Assembly (NCBI GenBank): GCA_965237955.1
Contig: OZ250169.1
Span: forward strand, 1,312,001 to 1,376,000
DNA from: Candidatus Marinacidobacterales bacterium
GTDB lineage: Bacteria > Acidobacteriota > Vicinamibacteria > Marinacidobacterales > SMYC01
DNA: 64,000 bases
Direction of reading: 5' to 3'
Made by a program: the position numbers and the translations under genes. This document shows, piece after piece, positions 1-9,631 of this stretch; the stretch's first letter is position 1; every line of letters starts with the position of its first letter. The notes beneath the pieces were generated by a model that was given only the letters and a program-made list of their open reading frames with translations, ran no database searches and was not told where the DNA came from.

Positions 1-441
1 GTCGCTCGCATTCTCGCCGCGCTCGAGCTCGGCAAGCGCGCCGCGTGTCCCGTCGAGACCGAGCGTTCGCGGTTTCGCCTTCCGGGAGACGCGGCGAAGT
101 TTCTGCTCCCCCGTTTCGGAACGAAGCCGCTCGAAGAGTTCGGCGTCCTCGTGCTCGACACTCGCAATCGGCTGAAACGCCTCGAGGTCGTGTCGAGAGG
201 AATCCTGAACGGCTCGCTCGTCCATCCGAGAGAGGTCTACCGCGAAGCGGCCATCTGCCAGGCCGCGGCGATCATCGCGTTTCACAACCATCCGTCCGGC
301 GACCCGACGCCATCCCAGGAAGATCGGGTGCTGACCGAACGGCTGCGAAAGGCCGGCAAGATTCTCGGGATCGAGCTTCTGGACCACGTAATCGTGGCGG
401 CCAGTTGCTACTGGAGCTTCAAGGAGCACAACGACCTTTGA
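1..441 (+). CDS. radC: RadC family JAB-domain protein (5'-partial)
   Basis: Frame is open from base 1 (VARILAALELGKR...). Motifs VHPREV, HNHPSGDPTPSQED and LLDHVIV are typical of RadC. Confidence 0.93.
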   Translation, partial: VARILAALELGKRAACPVETERSRFRLPGDAAKFLLPRFGTKPLEEFGVLVLDTRNRLKRLEVVSRGILNGSLVHPREVYREAAICQAAAIIAFHNHPSGDPTPSQEDRVLTERLRKAGKILGIELLDHVIVAASCYWSFKEHNDL

Positions 442-459
442 AGGGACTATTGGGCTAGA

Positions 460-496
460 GTCCGCTCCAAGGCGATCCGTGGCGGCATTCACGGCA
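460..496 (+). repeat. 37-bp copy of internal larC sequence (partner at 3265-3301)
   Basis: GTCCGCTCCAAGGCGATCCGTGGCGGCATTCACGGCA vs GTCCGCTCCAAAGCGATCCGTGGCGGCATTCACGGCA, 36/37 identical. Confidence 0.92.
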
Positions 497-515
497 ATGT
501 GTTCGTGTGGTGCGA

Positions 516-553
516 TTGACGAGACATTCTTACACGTATACTATACGTATAAC
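516..553 (+). promoter_or_regulatory. Putative sigma-70 promoter and palindromic operator of the TA operon
   Basis: TTGACG at 516 and TATACT at 537. Palindrome ACGTATA-C-TATACGT (534-548) overlaps the -10, as is typical for TA autoregulation. Confidence 0.6.
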
Positions 554-568
554 TGAAGAGACCCGGCA

Positions 569-790
569 ATGCAGAAAAAGCTGACAATCACGGTGGACGA
601 AGAGGTTTATGAAGGTCTCAAAGAAGTAATCGGTCCGAGAAAAATCAGCCGGTTCGTGGAAGACCTGGTACGTCCCCATGTCATAAAACCCAAGCTGGAT
701 ATGCAATACAAAAGGATGGCCGAAGACGAGAAGCGGGAAGCGGAAGCGAGGAGTGGGCCGAGGCCAACCCTACTGGACGCTCACTCATGA
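569..790 (+). CDS. Type II antitoxin (MazE-like partner)
   Basis: 73 aa, MQKKLTITVDEEVY start resembling a ribbon-helix-helix; ATGA overlap with the downstream mazF-like gene. Confidence 0.8.
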   Translation: MQKKLTITVDEEVYEGLKEVIGPRKISRFVEDLVRPHVIKPKLDMQYKRMAEDEKREAEARSGPRPTLLDAHS

Positions 791-989
791 AGCGTGGCGA
801 GGTGTGGTGGGTCAATTTTGACCCTTCAGTCGGTGGAGAGATTAGAAAGAGACAACCTGCCGTGATTGTGAGCAATGACGCCGCTAACAAGTACCTGAAT
901 CGCGTTCAAGTTGTCCCGCTGACGAGCAATGGTGACCGTCTGTATCCGAGCGAATCCATTGTGAAAGTAAAAGGGCCTCTCCTGCCATT

Positions 990-2210
990 TCAGTGGATCC
1001 TCTCGAGGGTGAGACCGCCACAGTTTAGGTAGACGAGACTGATGAGAGCTTCGGCAGAGTGGAGTCCAAAGCTGCGGTGGCTCAGCAGCCGGATTTTGTT
1101 GTTCATTCCTTCGAGTCGGCCGTTGCTGAGTCTCCACGTGACCCACGCGATGACGCCATCGAAGTGGCTGCGGATCATCTTCGCCGCGCGTTTGACGGGC
1201 TCTATCCTCGAGCTCATAGCGCGCCGCAGCCATCCTCGGAGAAACTTCTTGGCCCATGTCTCGGTTTTGTAGGTGTAGAGGTCCATGAAGTCGTCGCGCA
1301 GAAGCATGGCGCGGTAGAGGCGACGATTAGCTCGCACCTGCTCGCGGAGCACCCGTTTGTCTTTCGCGCTGCGGTTGTGTTTGGCCTTGAGAAGGGGAAA
1401 CTTGGTGTTCTTGAGGTTGCGCCGGGCAGTCCCTTTGAGCTCGCGCACCAGCTCGCGCCGGGTCTTATCCACGGCCTCGTTCAGATGCTTGACGATGTGG
1501 AAGCGGTCAAAGATCACCCGTGCCTGAGGAGCCTTTTTGCCGACGACAGTTATGTACGGCTCCCACATGTCCATGCTGACCGCTTCGAGCTCCGCGGCTC
1601 TTTGTGGTCCGAGCTTGCGGAAAAACCGCAGCAGCGTCTTGGCCTTGCGCTCCTTTCCCGCCCAGACGACCCGGCCGCTGAGATGGTCTATTACCACTGT
1701 TAAGTACTTGTGGCGTTTGCGGTAGCTGATCTCGTCCATCCCAATCACCCGCAATCCATCGAGCTCGCGCCGCTCATCCCGCTGCTCGGCAACCACTCGC
1801 TGGATGATCCGTCGCACCGAACGCCACGTCACTCGGAAATAGTTCGCTACGGCGCTGACGTCCGTCCTCTGTGCCAGCCACGCTACCTCTTGTTCGAAGC
1901 TTTTGGTAAAGCGGCTTCCCTTGTCTGCCCAAGGCACCTTTTCTCTGACCACTCCACACCGCCGACATACCACTCGTCGGATCGAGTAGCGAAGATAGGT
2001 CTGGACTCCGAACAGGTCCAAGTGCCGCCAGTAGCGATTGTAGCGATCTTTGTTCTTGCGGACCTTTCGTCCGCAAATCCCGCACAGAGGCTTCCTCCTC
2101 CGTGGTACTACATCCACCACCACTCTGGCTTTGTCCGCCTGGAAGTGGAAACCTCGGACCCACAGGCCTTGCAATCCGATGAGCTTGTTGACTAACGTAG
2201 TAACGCGCAT
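990..2210 (-). CDS. ISL3-family transposase
   Basis: N-terminal zinc finger (CGIC...CRRC), motifs IGMDE, VSMDMW, DRFH and SNGRLEGMNNKI. Likely start is MRVTTLVNKL at 2210. Confidence 0.95.
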   Translation of the reverse strand: MRVTTLVNKLIGLQGLWVRGFHFQADKARVVVDVVPRRRKPLCGICGRKVRKNKDRYNRYWRHLDLFGVQTYLRYSIRRVVCRRCGVVREKVPWADKGSRFTKSFEQEVAWLAQRTDVSAVANYFRVTWRSVRRIIQRVVAEQRDERRELDGLRVIGMDEISYRKRHKYLTVVIDHLSGRVVWAGKERKAKTLLRFFRKLGPQRAAELEAVSMDMWEPYITVVGKKAPQARVIFDRFHIVKHLNEAVDKTRRELVRELKGTARRNLKNTKFPLLKAKHNRSAKDKRVLREQVRANRRLYRAMLLRDDFMDLYTYKTETWAKKFLRGWLRRAMSSRIEPVKRAAKMIRSHFDGVIAWVTWRLSNGRLEGMNNKIRLLSHRSFGLHSAEALISLVYLNCGGLTLERIH

Positions 2211-2335
2211 CGCGGGAACGCTCTTTTCTCTTTCGGAAAAAAAGATTCTAGCGTTCTCGCCGATGCGCATCTACACATGGCTTACCCTCTCAACCCACGG
2301 GCCTCACCAAATGCCACTGCCCCTCAGCGGGAGAC

Positions 2336-2648
2336 GAGGCTGTGGGAAACGCCCCCACGGTTCTGGTCGTTCAGACCTTGCTCACGACTGAGTTCTCTTC
2401 GAAGCCTGGAAGGGCGTTTTCCATAGCCTCCACTAATCGAGCCCCCCCTTCCTTATTCCATATGAATTAATCTTTCTTGTATATATATCAGGAGGGGCCT
2501 GTGGGCGCTCGTGGGAAACGCGAAGCGTTTTCCAAGCGATTGTGGAAAACGCCGCTCCACGTTTGTACGTGCTCACAACCTTTCCCTAAACGCCTCTCTC
2601 GCCCGGAGTTTCCGGCGTTTTCCACAATCGCGGCAGCGTCCATAGGCC
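2336..2648 (+). repeat. Nested inverted-repeat modules in the IS non-coding region
   Basis: Stems at 2336-2354/2412-2430, 2496-2509/2635-2648, 2512-2521/2525-2534 and 2536-2554/2613-2631 (perfect 19 bp). Confidence 0.88.
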
Positions 2649-2882
2649 ATGCCCTCCAACACAAATCAGATCCCCCGAAACGACAGGAGAACCGTAAAAG
2701 GCAAGAAGGCAAAGGCGATGGCCGACCAGATTGCCACCGTGAGCAAATTGCGTTTGATCAACAAACACGGGACGATTGCGAAATCGGACATGCCTGGTGT
2801 CGACCAGGCGATCAAGACTCAGTTGCACTTGAATTGACTTGACCGCCGCGTCGGACATGCGACAACTATCCAGGCACAAGGG

Positions 2883-2996
2883 GACGATGCGGTCGAGGCG
2901 CGTGTCCCTGGCCTTATCGATCTCACCCATGCCGCCAGCGCCGATGGAAGCGATGATCTCGAACGCACCCAATCGAGTCCCGGCGCTGAGGCTCAT
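2883..2996 (-). pseudogene. N-terminal fragment of a Ser/Thr protein kinase
   Basis: MSLSAGTRLGAFEIIASIGAGGMGEIDKARDTRLDRIV is kinase subdomain I; similarity is lost after about 38 codons. Confidence 0.82.
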
Positions 2997-3123
2997 GCCG
3001 CAAATGTAGCCGCGCTGTCGAGAGTAATCAACCGCCCAAGCCGATGGCTGACGGCCGATGGCGCCGCGAAGTGCATGCGAGTTGCGAAACCGCCTCTAGC
3101 AGTACAAACTGCACGACCTCTAC

Positions 3124-4296
3124 ATGGGCCAGCGTATTCTCTACTTCGACTGCTCCGCCGGAGCGGCCGGCGACATGATTCTTGCTGCGCTCCTGGATCT
3201 CGGCGTGCCCATCAAGGATCTGCGAGCGGAGCTCGATAAGCTCGCGGTCAAAGGCTTTCGTGTCGTCCGCTCCAAAGCGATCCGTGGCGGCATTCACGGC
3301 ACCCGCGTGCGTGTGGATACGCCGGGCGATCGCGGGCATCGGCACTGGTCGGATTTCGAGCGGGTTCTGAAAAAGAGCCGTCTCTCCAAAGGCGTCAAGG
3401 AACGCTCGCTCGCGCTCATCCGTCGCGTGTTCGAAGCCGAGGCGAAAGTGCACGGCAAAACTCCGGAGTCGATCCACCTTCACGAGCTCGGCTCGCTCGA
3501 TACGCTGGTCGACGTCGTCGGCGCCGTCTGTGGTCTCGAGCTTCTCGGTGTCGACCGCGTGGAGAGCTCCTCTATTAATGTTGGCTCGGGGAGCGTGGAC
3601 ACCGAACATGGGCGCATGCCCATCCCCGCGCCGGCCACCGCGCTATTGTTGAAAGGTGTGCCGGTGTTTGCCGACGGGGAATTCGAGCGGACGACGCCCA
3701 CGGGTGCGCTCCTGGTGACCGGATTCGCCGAGCGTTTCGGGCCGTGGCCGTCGATGACGTTGAAGAAAATCGGCTATGGGCTCGGGACGAAAGATCCCAA
3801 AGGGGGACGGCCCAACGCCCTGCGCCTCGTTCTGGGAGAGGCGAGCTCGCGCCGCACCGACGGCGTCGTCGTTCTGGAAACAACGGTGGACGACACAACG
3901 CCGGAGCAGCTCGGGTTCCTGCAAGAACGTCTATGGGAAGCTGGTGCTCTCGATGTATTCCTGACGCCCGTCATGATGAAGAAGAATCGCCCCGGTACGA
4001 ACGTCACCGTTCTCGTGAGCCCCGGGTCTCGCGAGGCCGCGACCGAGACTCTCTTCCACGAGAGCCCGACGTTTGGCGTCCGTGCTTACACCGTCGAGCG
4101 CGACGTCCTCGATCGCCGCTTCGTGACCGTGAAAACGCGCTACGGCAAGGTACGGGTGAAAGAGGGCTCGCGTGGTGGGAAAGTCGTCAACGCGGCGCCC
4201 GAGTACGAAGATTGCAGGCGCCTCGCGCGCGCGAAAAAAGTTTCTCTAGAAACAATTCAACGGGCTGCGCTCGCAGCCTACGAGGATCTTGCATGA
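3124..4296 (+). CDS. larC: Nickel pincer cofactor biosynthesis protein LarC
   Basis: LYFDCSAGAAGDM, AEAKVHG, HLHELGSLD, HGRMPIPAPAT, TPTGA, MKKNRPG, PEYEDC. Confidence 0.93.
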   Translation: MGQRILYFDCSAGAAGDMILAALLDLGVPIKDLRAELDKLAVKGFRVVRSKAIRGGIHGTRVRVDTPGDRGHRHWSDFERVLKKSRLSKGVKERSLALIRRVFEAEAKVHGKTPESIHLHELGSLDTLVDVVGAVCGLELLGVDRVESSSINVGSGSVDTEHGRMPIPAPATALLLKGVPVFADGEFERTTPTGALLVTGFAERFGPWPSMTLKKIGYGLGTKDPKGGRPNALRLVLGEASSRRTDGVVVLETTVDDTTPEQLGFLQERLWEAGALDVFLTPVMMKKNRPGTNVTVLVSPGSREAATETLFHESPTFGVRAYTVERDVLDRRFVTVKTRYGKVRVKEGSRGGKVVNAAPEYEDCRRLARAKKVSLETIQRAALAAYEDLA

Positions 4297-4628
4297 GTGA
4301 AGGTGAGAAAATCGCCATCGACGATTTCATGAAAGTCGAGCTACGGGTCGCCAGAATCATCGAGGCGTCCGAGATCGAAGGCGCCGACCGGCTGTTGAAG
4401 CTTCAGGTAGACCTCGGCTCGGAGAAGCGCCAGCTCGTCGCGGGCATCAAGAAGGCCTACACGCCCGAAGAGCTCGTCGGTAAGCACATCGTCGTCGTCG
4501 CCAACTTGAAGCCGGCCCGACTGCGCGGCGAAGAGTCTCAAGGCATGCTCCTCGCAGCCCAGACGGACGACGGACCGGCGCTCGTTTCGTTCGACAAAGA
4601 CGTTACCCCCGGTTCCGTAGTCAAGTAA
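4293..4628 (+). CDS. Stand-alone tRNA-binding OB-fold protein (MetRS C-terminal/Trbp111/CsaA-like)
   Basis: IDDFMKVELRV...ADRLLKLQVDLG...NLKPARLRGEESQGMLL; ATGA overlap with larC. Confidence 0.88.
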   Translation: MSEGEKIAIDDFMKVELRVARIIEASEIEGADRLLKLQVDLGSEKRQLVAGIKKAYTPEELVGKHIVVVANLKPARLRGEESQGMLLAAQTDDGPALVSFDKDVTPGSVVK

Positions 4629-4646
4629 GTTCCGTGGTCAAGTAAG

Positions 4647-6757
4647 GTGAGACGCGCGCGCCGCCTCCTCCTTCTCGTTCTTGTCGCTAGCGCTTGCGAC
4701 GAGCCCGCGCAGGAGGAAGAGCTTCTTGCCCGACAAATTTCGGTCGCGCAGAAAGACTGGGACGGCATCCTCCTCGAGTTCGGCTCGCCGCGGGCGCTCC
4801 CCCATTTGAGTGAACACGGGTGGTCGCACGGCGAAACCGCGCCCGACGGCAACACGTTTCGCTGGGCGGTCGAAGAGACGTCTTCGTTCACGTTCGTGAG
4901 TGATCGTGAAGGAAACCAGCTGGCGTGGCTCGAATGTGAGCCGTTCCTTTACCAGGGAAGCGCGGCGCAGTGGATCGGGTTGACGGTGAACGGCGAGGAC
5001 CTCACCGAAGTCGAGCTCCGCCCCGCCCGAGAGAGCTACCCTATCGAGCTGCCGTTGGTGGCCGGAGAGAACACCGTCGAGATGCGGTTCCGCTACGCGG
5101 GTGATCCGAATCGAGGCTCGGCGGATCGACGCCGGTTGGCAGCGGCGTTCTATCGATTCGATATTCCTCCCGAATGCGACGAACCCGTTGCTGGTCGGAC
5201 GGGGCCGTTCGCGTGGGTCGATGACGGGCTTCATCTCCCGGCGGGCGGTGGCGTGACGCTCTACGCCGATGTGGACGGCGATGCGCGGCTCGAGCTGACG
5301 ACGAGCGGGCCCGGATTGAAACTGAAGGTTCGCTCGGATGAGCAGTCGCTTGTGGATGTGCGCGTCGACACGTCATTGGTGCGCGAGCTCAGCGCGAGGG
5401 GCGCGATCGAAATCTCGCTCCGGGCGGAAGACGCCATCGTCGTGCGCCCCGAGCTATACGTGCCGGCGTCCGCACCCGTGAAACGCGAGGCTTCTCTTCC
5501 AGGCGCCGTCGACTCCAATATCGTGCTCGTGTTTCTCGACGGCGCCAACGCGCTCCGGTTGAGCCCGACGACGACGCCGGTTCTCGAGGCGCTCGCCGAC
5601 GACAGCATCGTCTTCGACAACGCCGTGAGTCAGGCCGTCTACACCATCGCTTCCATCGGCTCGGTGCTCACGGGTCAGTACCCGGAGCGCCATCAGAGCG
5701 TCTCGTTCGCCGACAAGCTTCGAGACGACGTCGTGACCTTCCCCGCTCTTCTCGCCGAGAACGGTTACCGTACCGCCGGCTTTTCCGGAAACGCGGTCGC
5801 GTCGAAGACGTTCGGCTTGGATCAGGGCTACGAGGAGTTCTTTCAAATCTGGGAGCGTGACGACTACACCGGCCACGGCGACTCGGTTCTGGTTGCTTTC
5901 CGCGATTGGCTCGGCGGCGTCGGTGAGGATCGTTTCTTCGCCTACGTCCATTTCCGCGAGCCCCACTTTCCCTATAACCCGCCGGCACCGTTCGATACCA
6001 AGTTCGGCGCAAGCGACCTCTTCCCTGAAGGCATGGCGGATTGGCCGGTCGTCGAAGCGCTGAACACACAGGCGGCTTCCGGCACCGCGCCGACCAGAGA
6101 AGTCCTCGAGCGCGTGCGAGCGCTCTACGAAGGCAACTTCGCCTATGTCGACGATTTGATCGGACAGCTCATGCGCTGTCTCGAGGACCAAGGTCTCGAT
6201 GACGACACGGTGCTGATCGTGACCGCCGATCATGGTGAGGCGCTGTTCGAGCATGGCTACATCGGCCACAACACGCAGCTCTATGAAGAGAGCATCCGCG
6301 TGCCGCTCATGGTCAAGCTCCCCGGACAGCTCCCGCGCCGAGTGGACGACATCGTCGAGCTCATCGATCTCGCCCCGACGATTCTCGAGCTTGCCGGCGT
6401 CCACGTACCTGAGAGTATGCAAGGCGGAAGCCTCCTCCACCCCGATGCCGACCGGGTGGCCTTCACCCGCACCGTGTGGCAACGAGCCCGTTACAGCGCG
6501 CGCAACGACCGCTACAAGCTCATCTGGGACTCCCGCACCGGCGTGACCGAGCTCTACGATCTCGAATCCGATCCTGGCGAAGCACAGAATATTTACGGAG
6601 AACGCACATTCGTTTCCGGCCATCTGGAACAGCGGCTACTCACCTGGCTAAGAGACCAGGAAGCCCTTCGCGCAGGCGTTTCTCCCGACAGCGCCGAGAT
6701 GACCGAAGAAGAACGCCGAAGACTCGAATCGTTGGGCTACACCAATCTGCCGGTTCG

Positions 6758-6761
<4 letters not shown>
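4647..6761 (+). CDS. Sulfatase-like / alkaline-phosphatase-superfamily lipoprotein
   Basis: Lipobox-like VASAC, NIVLVFLD, HFREPHFPY, ADHGE, ELYDLESDPGE and C-terminal LESLGY. Confidence 0.82.
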
Positions 6762-7525
<764 letters not shown>

Positions 7526-7603
7526 CTCACACGAAAGCCGATGCTTACACCCATCCAATGCTGGAATTGCCCGACAGGTCGAATTCCGTAATAATGAGGG
7601 CCG

Positions 7604-8098
7604 ATGGCAGACAGTGCGTTCGACATCGTGTGCAAAGTCGACTTGCAGGAAGTGAAGAACGCTATCCAGCACGCGATGAAAGAGATCGTCAACCGATTCG
7701 ATTTCAAGGGCTCCGGGACCGACATCAAGCTAATAGACGACGGCGGGGCGATCGAGCTCACCTCGTCGGACGAGTACAAGATCCAGAGCGCCCGCGACGT
7801 CCTGGAAACGAAGCTGGTCAAGCGCGGGGTGGCGTTGAAGGCGCTCGAATACGCCAAGATCGAGTCCGCGCTCGGGGGTACGGCGCGCCAGAAAATCACC
7901 CTCCAAAGCGGTATCCCTACCGACAAAGCTCGCGAAATCGTCAAAATGGTGAAGGCCACCAAGCGCAAAGTCCAAGTGTCCATTCAGGGAGATCAGGTTC
8001 GCGTCACCGGCAAGAAGAAGGATGACCTGCAGTCCATTATCGGCCTCTTGAAAGAGACCGATCTCGGAATCGCGATGCAGTTCACCAACTACCGCTAA
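7604..8098 (+). CDS. yajQ: YajQ family nucleotide/c-di-GMP-binding protein
   Basis: FDIVCKVDLQEVKNA...RFDFKG...IQGDQVRVTGKKKDDLQ...QFTNYR. Confidence 0.93.
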   Translation: MADSAFDIVCKVDLQEVKNAIQHAMKEIVNRFDFKGSGTDIKLIDDGGAIELTSSDEYKIQSARDVLETKLVKRGVALKALEYAKIESALGGTARQKITLQSGIPTDKAREIVKMVKATKRKVQVSIQGDQVRVTGKKKDDLQSIIGLLKETDLGIAMQFTNYR

Positions 8099-8121
8099 AG
8101 CGCACGTAGAAAGAACAACTT

Positions 8122-9135
8122 ATGGCGTCGCCTGAAACTCGTCCGCAGCTTCCCGAGCCCTCGTTGTCCATCCAGGATATTTTTTCGGAGATCCAGACCG
8201 ACCTCGATACCGTCGAACAGATCATCCGCGACAAAGTCGATAGCAAGCTCGAGCTCGTGGAATCCTCGAGCCGCTACATTTACCGGGGCGGCGGCAAGCG
8301 CGTGCGCCCGGCTCTGGTGCTGATCGCGTCGCGCGCGTGCGGCTACGAGGGAGAGAAGGGGCCGTCGTACGGCGCGGTCACGGAGTTCATCCACACCGCG
8401 ACGCTCGTCCACGACGACATCGTCGACGAGGCGGTGATGCGGCGAGGCCAGCAGTCCATCAACACGTTGATCGGGAATGACTTCACGGTTCTCCTTGGTG
8501 ACTTTCTCTACATCCGCGCAATCGGGCTCGCGATCGAGATGGGGAGCCTCGAGATCCTGGAAGTCATCACCGAGATCACGCTGCGTATGATCGAAGGCAT
8601 GATCCTCGAGCTCACCCGCGGCGGCGCCGTCGACCTGACGGAAGAAGAGCACCTCGACATTTTGAAACGCAAGACCGCGTACTTGTTCTTCGGCTGCGCA
8701 CGGATGGGCGCCAAGCTCGGCGGAGCGCCGGCCGAAGTCGAGAAAGCCCTCGGCGAGTACGGCATGAACATCGGCATGGCGTTCCAGGTCGCCGACGATT
8801 TGCTCGATTTCACCTCGGACGAAAAAACCCTCGGCAAACCCGTGCTGTCCGATCTGAAGGAAGGCCACGTGACCCTTCCGATCATCTATGCGCTTCAGGC
8901 CGAGCCTCGCGCGCTGCCTACGGTGCAAGCCGTCATCGAGCGCGGGGGGATCGACGAAGTCAGTCGCAAAGAGATTCTCGACCTCGTGCGGAGAAACGGC
9001 TGTCTCGACAAGGCACGGGAGCTCGCCGAAATCTACGCGTTCAAAGCACAGGAGTGCCTCGGAGTCGTTCCCGACTCACGTCACAAAGACGCATTGATGG
9101 CGCTCGCGTACTACGTGATCGAGCGCCACCGGTAA
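8122..9135 (+). CDS. Long-chain polyprenyl diphosphate synthase (IspB/HepT-like)
   Basis: GGKRVRP, HDDIVD, RRG, KTA and FQVADDLLD (two DDxxD motifs). Confidence 0.92.
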   Translation: MASPETRPQLPEPSLSIQDIFSEIQTDLDTVEQIIRDKVDSKLELVESSSRYIYRGGGKRVRPALVLIASRACGYEGEKGPSYGAVTEFIHTATLVHDDIVDEAVMRRGQQSINTLIGNDFTVLLGDFLYIRAIGLAIEMGSLEILEVITEITLRMIEGMILELTRGGAVDLTEEEHLDILKRKTAYLFFGCARMGAKLGGAPAEVEKALGEYGMNIGMAFQVADDLLDFTSDEKTLGKPVLSDLKEGHVTLPIIYALQAEPRALPTVQAVIERGGIDEVSRKEILDLVRRNGCLDKARELAEIYAFKAQECLGVVPDSRHKDALMALAYYVIERHR

Positions 9136-9139
9136 TAAA

Positions 9140-9574
9140 CTGAGACGCTACACGAGCCGTCCCCTCCCACCGTATCGCCACGAGCCCGGCAAGACCCCGC
9201 ACCCCGAGCGCGACCCCGAGGGGCATCTGTTCGGGAGTGAAACAGCGAGCCAGGACGACGACTACTTCTATGGTATCGATCTCTTCAACGCCGGCTATTG
9301 GTGGGAGGCGCACGTGTACTGGGAGCGCCTCTGGTCTGAGTCTCCGGCTCCACACGCCATGGAGTTTCTCCAAGGCTTGATTCAGCTGAGTGCCGCCCTC
9401 GTGAAGCGACGCGAAGGGAGCGGGAAAGGCGAGGCCAAGCTCATCGCAAAAGCCCTCGAGAAACTGCGCGCGGCCCGAAAGCATTCGGGTGAGGTCTTCA
9501 TGGGGGTTCGCCTCGATCCGCTCATCGACCAAGTCGAAGAAGGCGCGATCCCGACGATCGAGCTCCAAGTGTAA
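9140..9574 (+). CDS. DUF309 family protein (start uncertain, possibly CTG)
   Basis: In-frame extension upstream of the 9314 ORF reads LRRYTSRPLPPYRHEPGKTPHP...YGIDLFNAGYWWEAHVYWE, followed by LQGLIQ. Confidence 0.75.
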   Translation: MRRYTSRPLPPYRHEPGKTPHPERDPEGHLFGSETASQDDDYFYGIDLFNAGYWWEAHVYWERLWSESPAPHAMEFLQGLIQLSAALVKRREGSGKGEAKLIAKALEKLRAARKHSGEVFMGVRLDPLIDQVEEGAIPTIELQV

Positions 9575-9631
9575 TCCGTTTTGTTCTAAGGGTTTAGAGC
9601 CACGTGCTATACTCCGGAAAATACCGGAAAC

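Larger units (their letters stand above)
975..2693 (-). mobile_element. ISL3-family insertion sequence, 1719 bp
   Basis: 8-bp target duplication GTAAAAGG at 967-974 and 2694-2701. Imperfect 25-bp terminal inverted repeats match 19/25 (GCCTCTCCTGCCATTTCAGTGGATC / GGTTCTCCTGTCGTTTCGGGGGATC). Encodes an ISL3 transposase. Confidence 0.93.
787..2837 (+). pseudogene. mazF: MazF/PemK toxin interrupted by an ISL3 element
   Basis: N-part 787-974 (MKRGEVWWVNFDPSVGGEIRKRQPAVIVSND...KVKG) joins in frame to C-part 2702-2837 (KKAKAMADQIATVSKLRL...) once the IS and one target copy are removed. Confidence 0.92.

Noticed and set aside
2336-2648. CRISPR-like array (similar repeats with 57-58 nt unique segments)
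   Set aside because: The repeats are inverted pairs rather than direct repeats, there are only two modules, they lie inside an IS, and no cas genes are present.
2586-2882. Full 136-aa kinase ORF on the minus strand
   Set aside because: Only the first ~38 codons are kinase-like; the rest is antisense to the mazF tail and the IS end.
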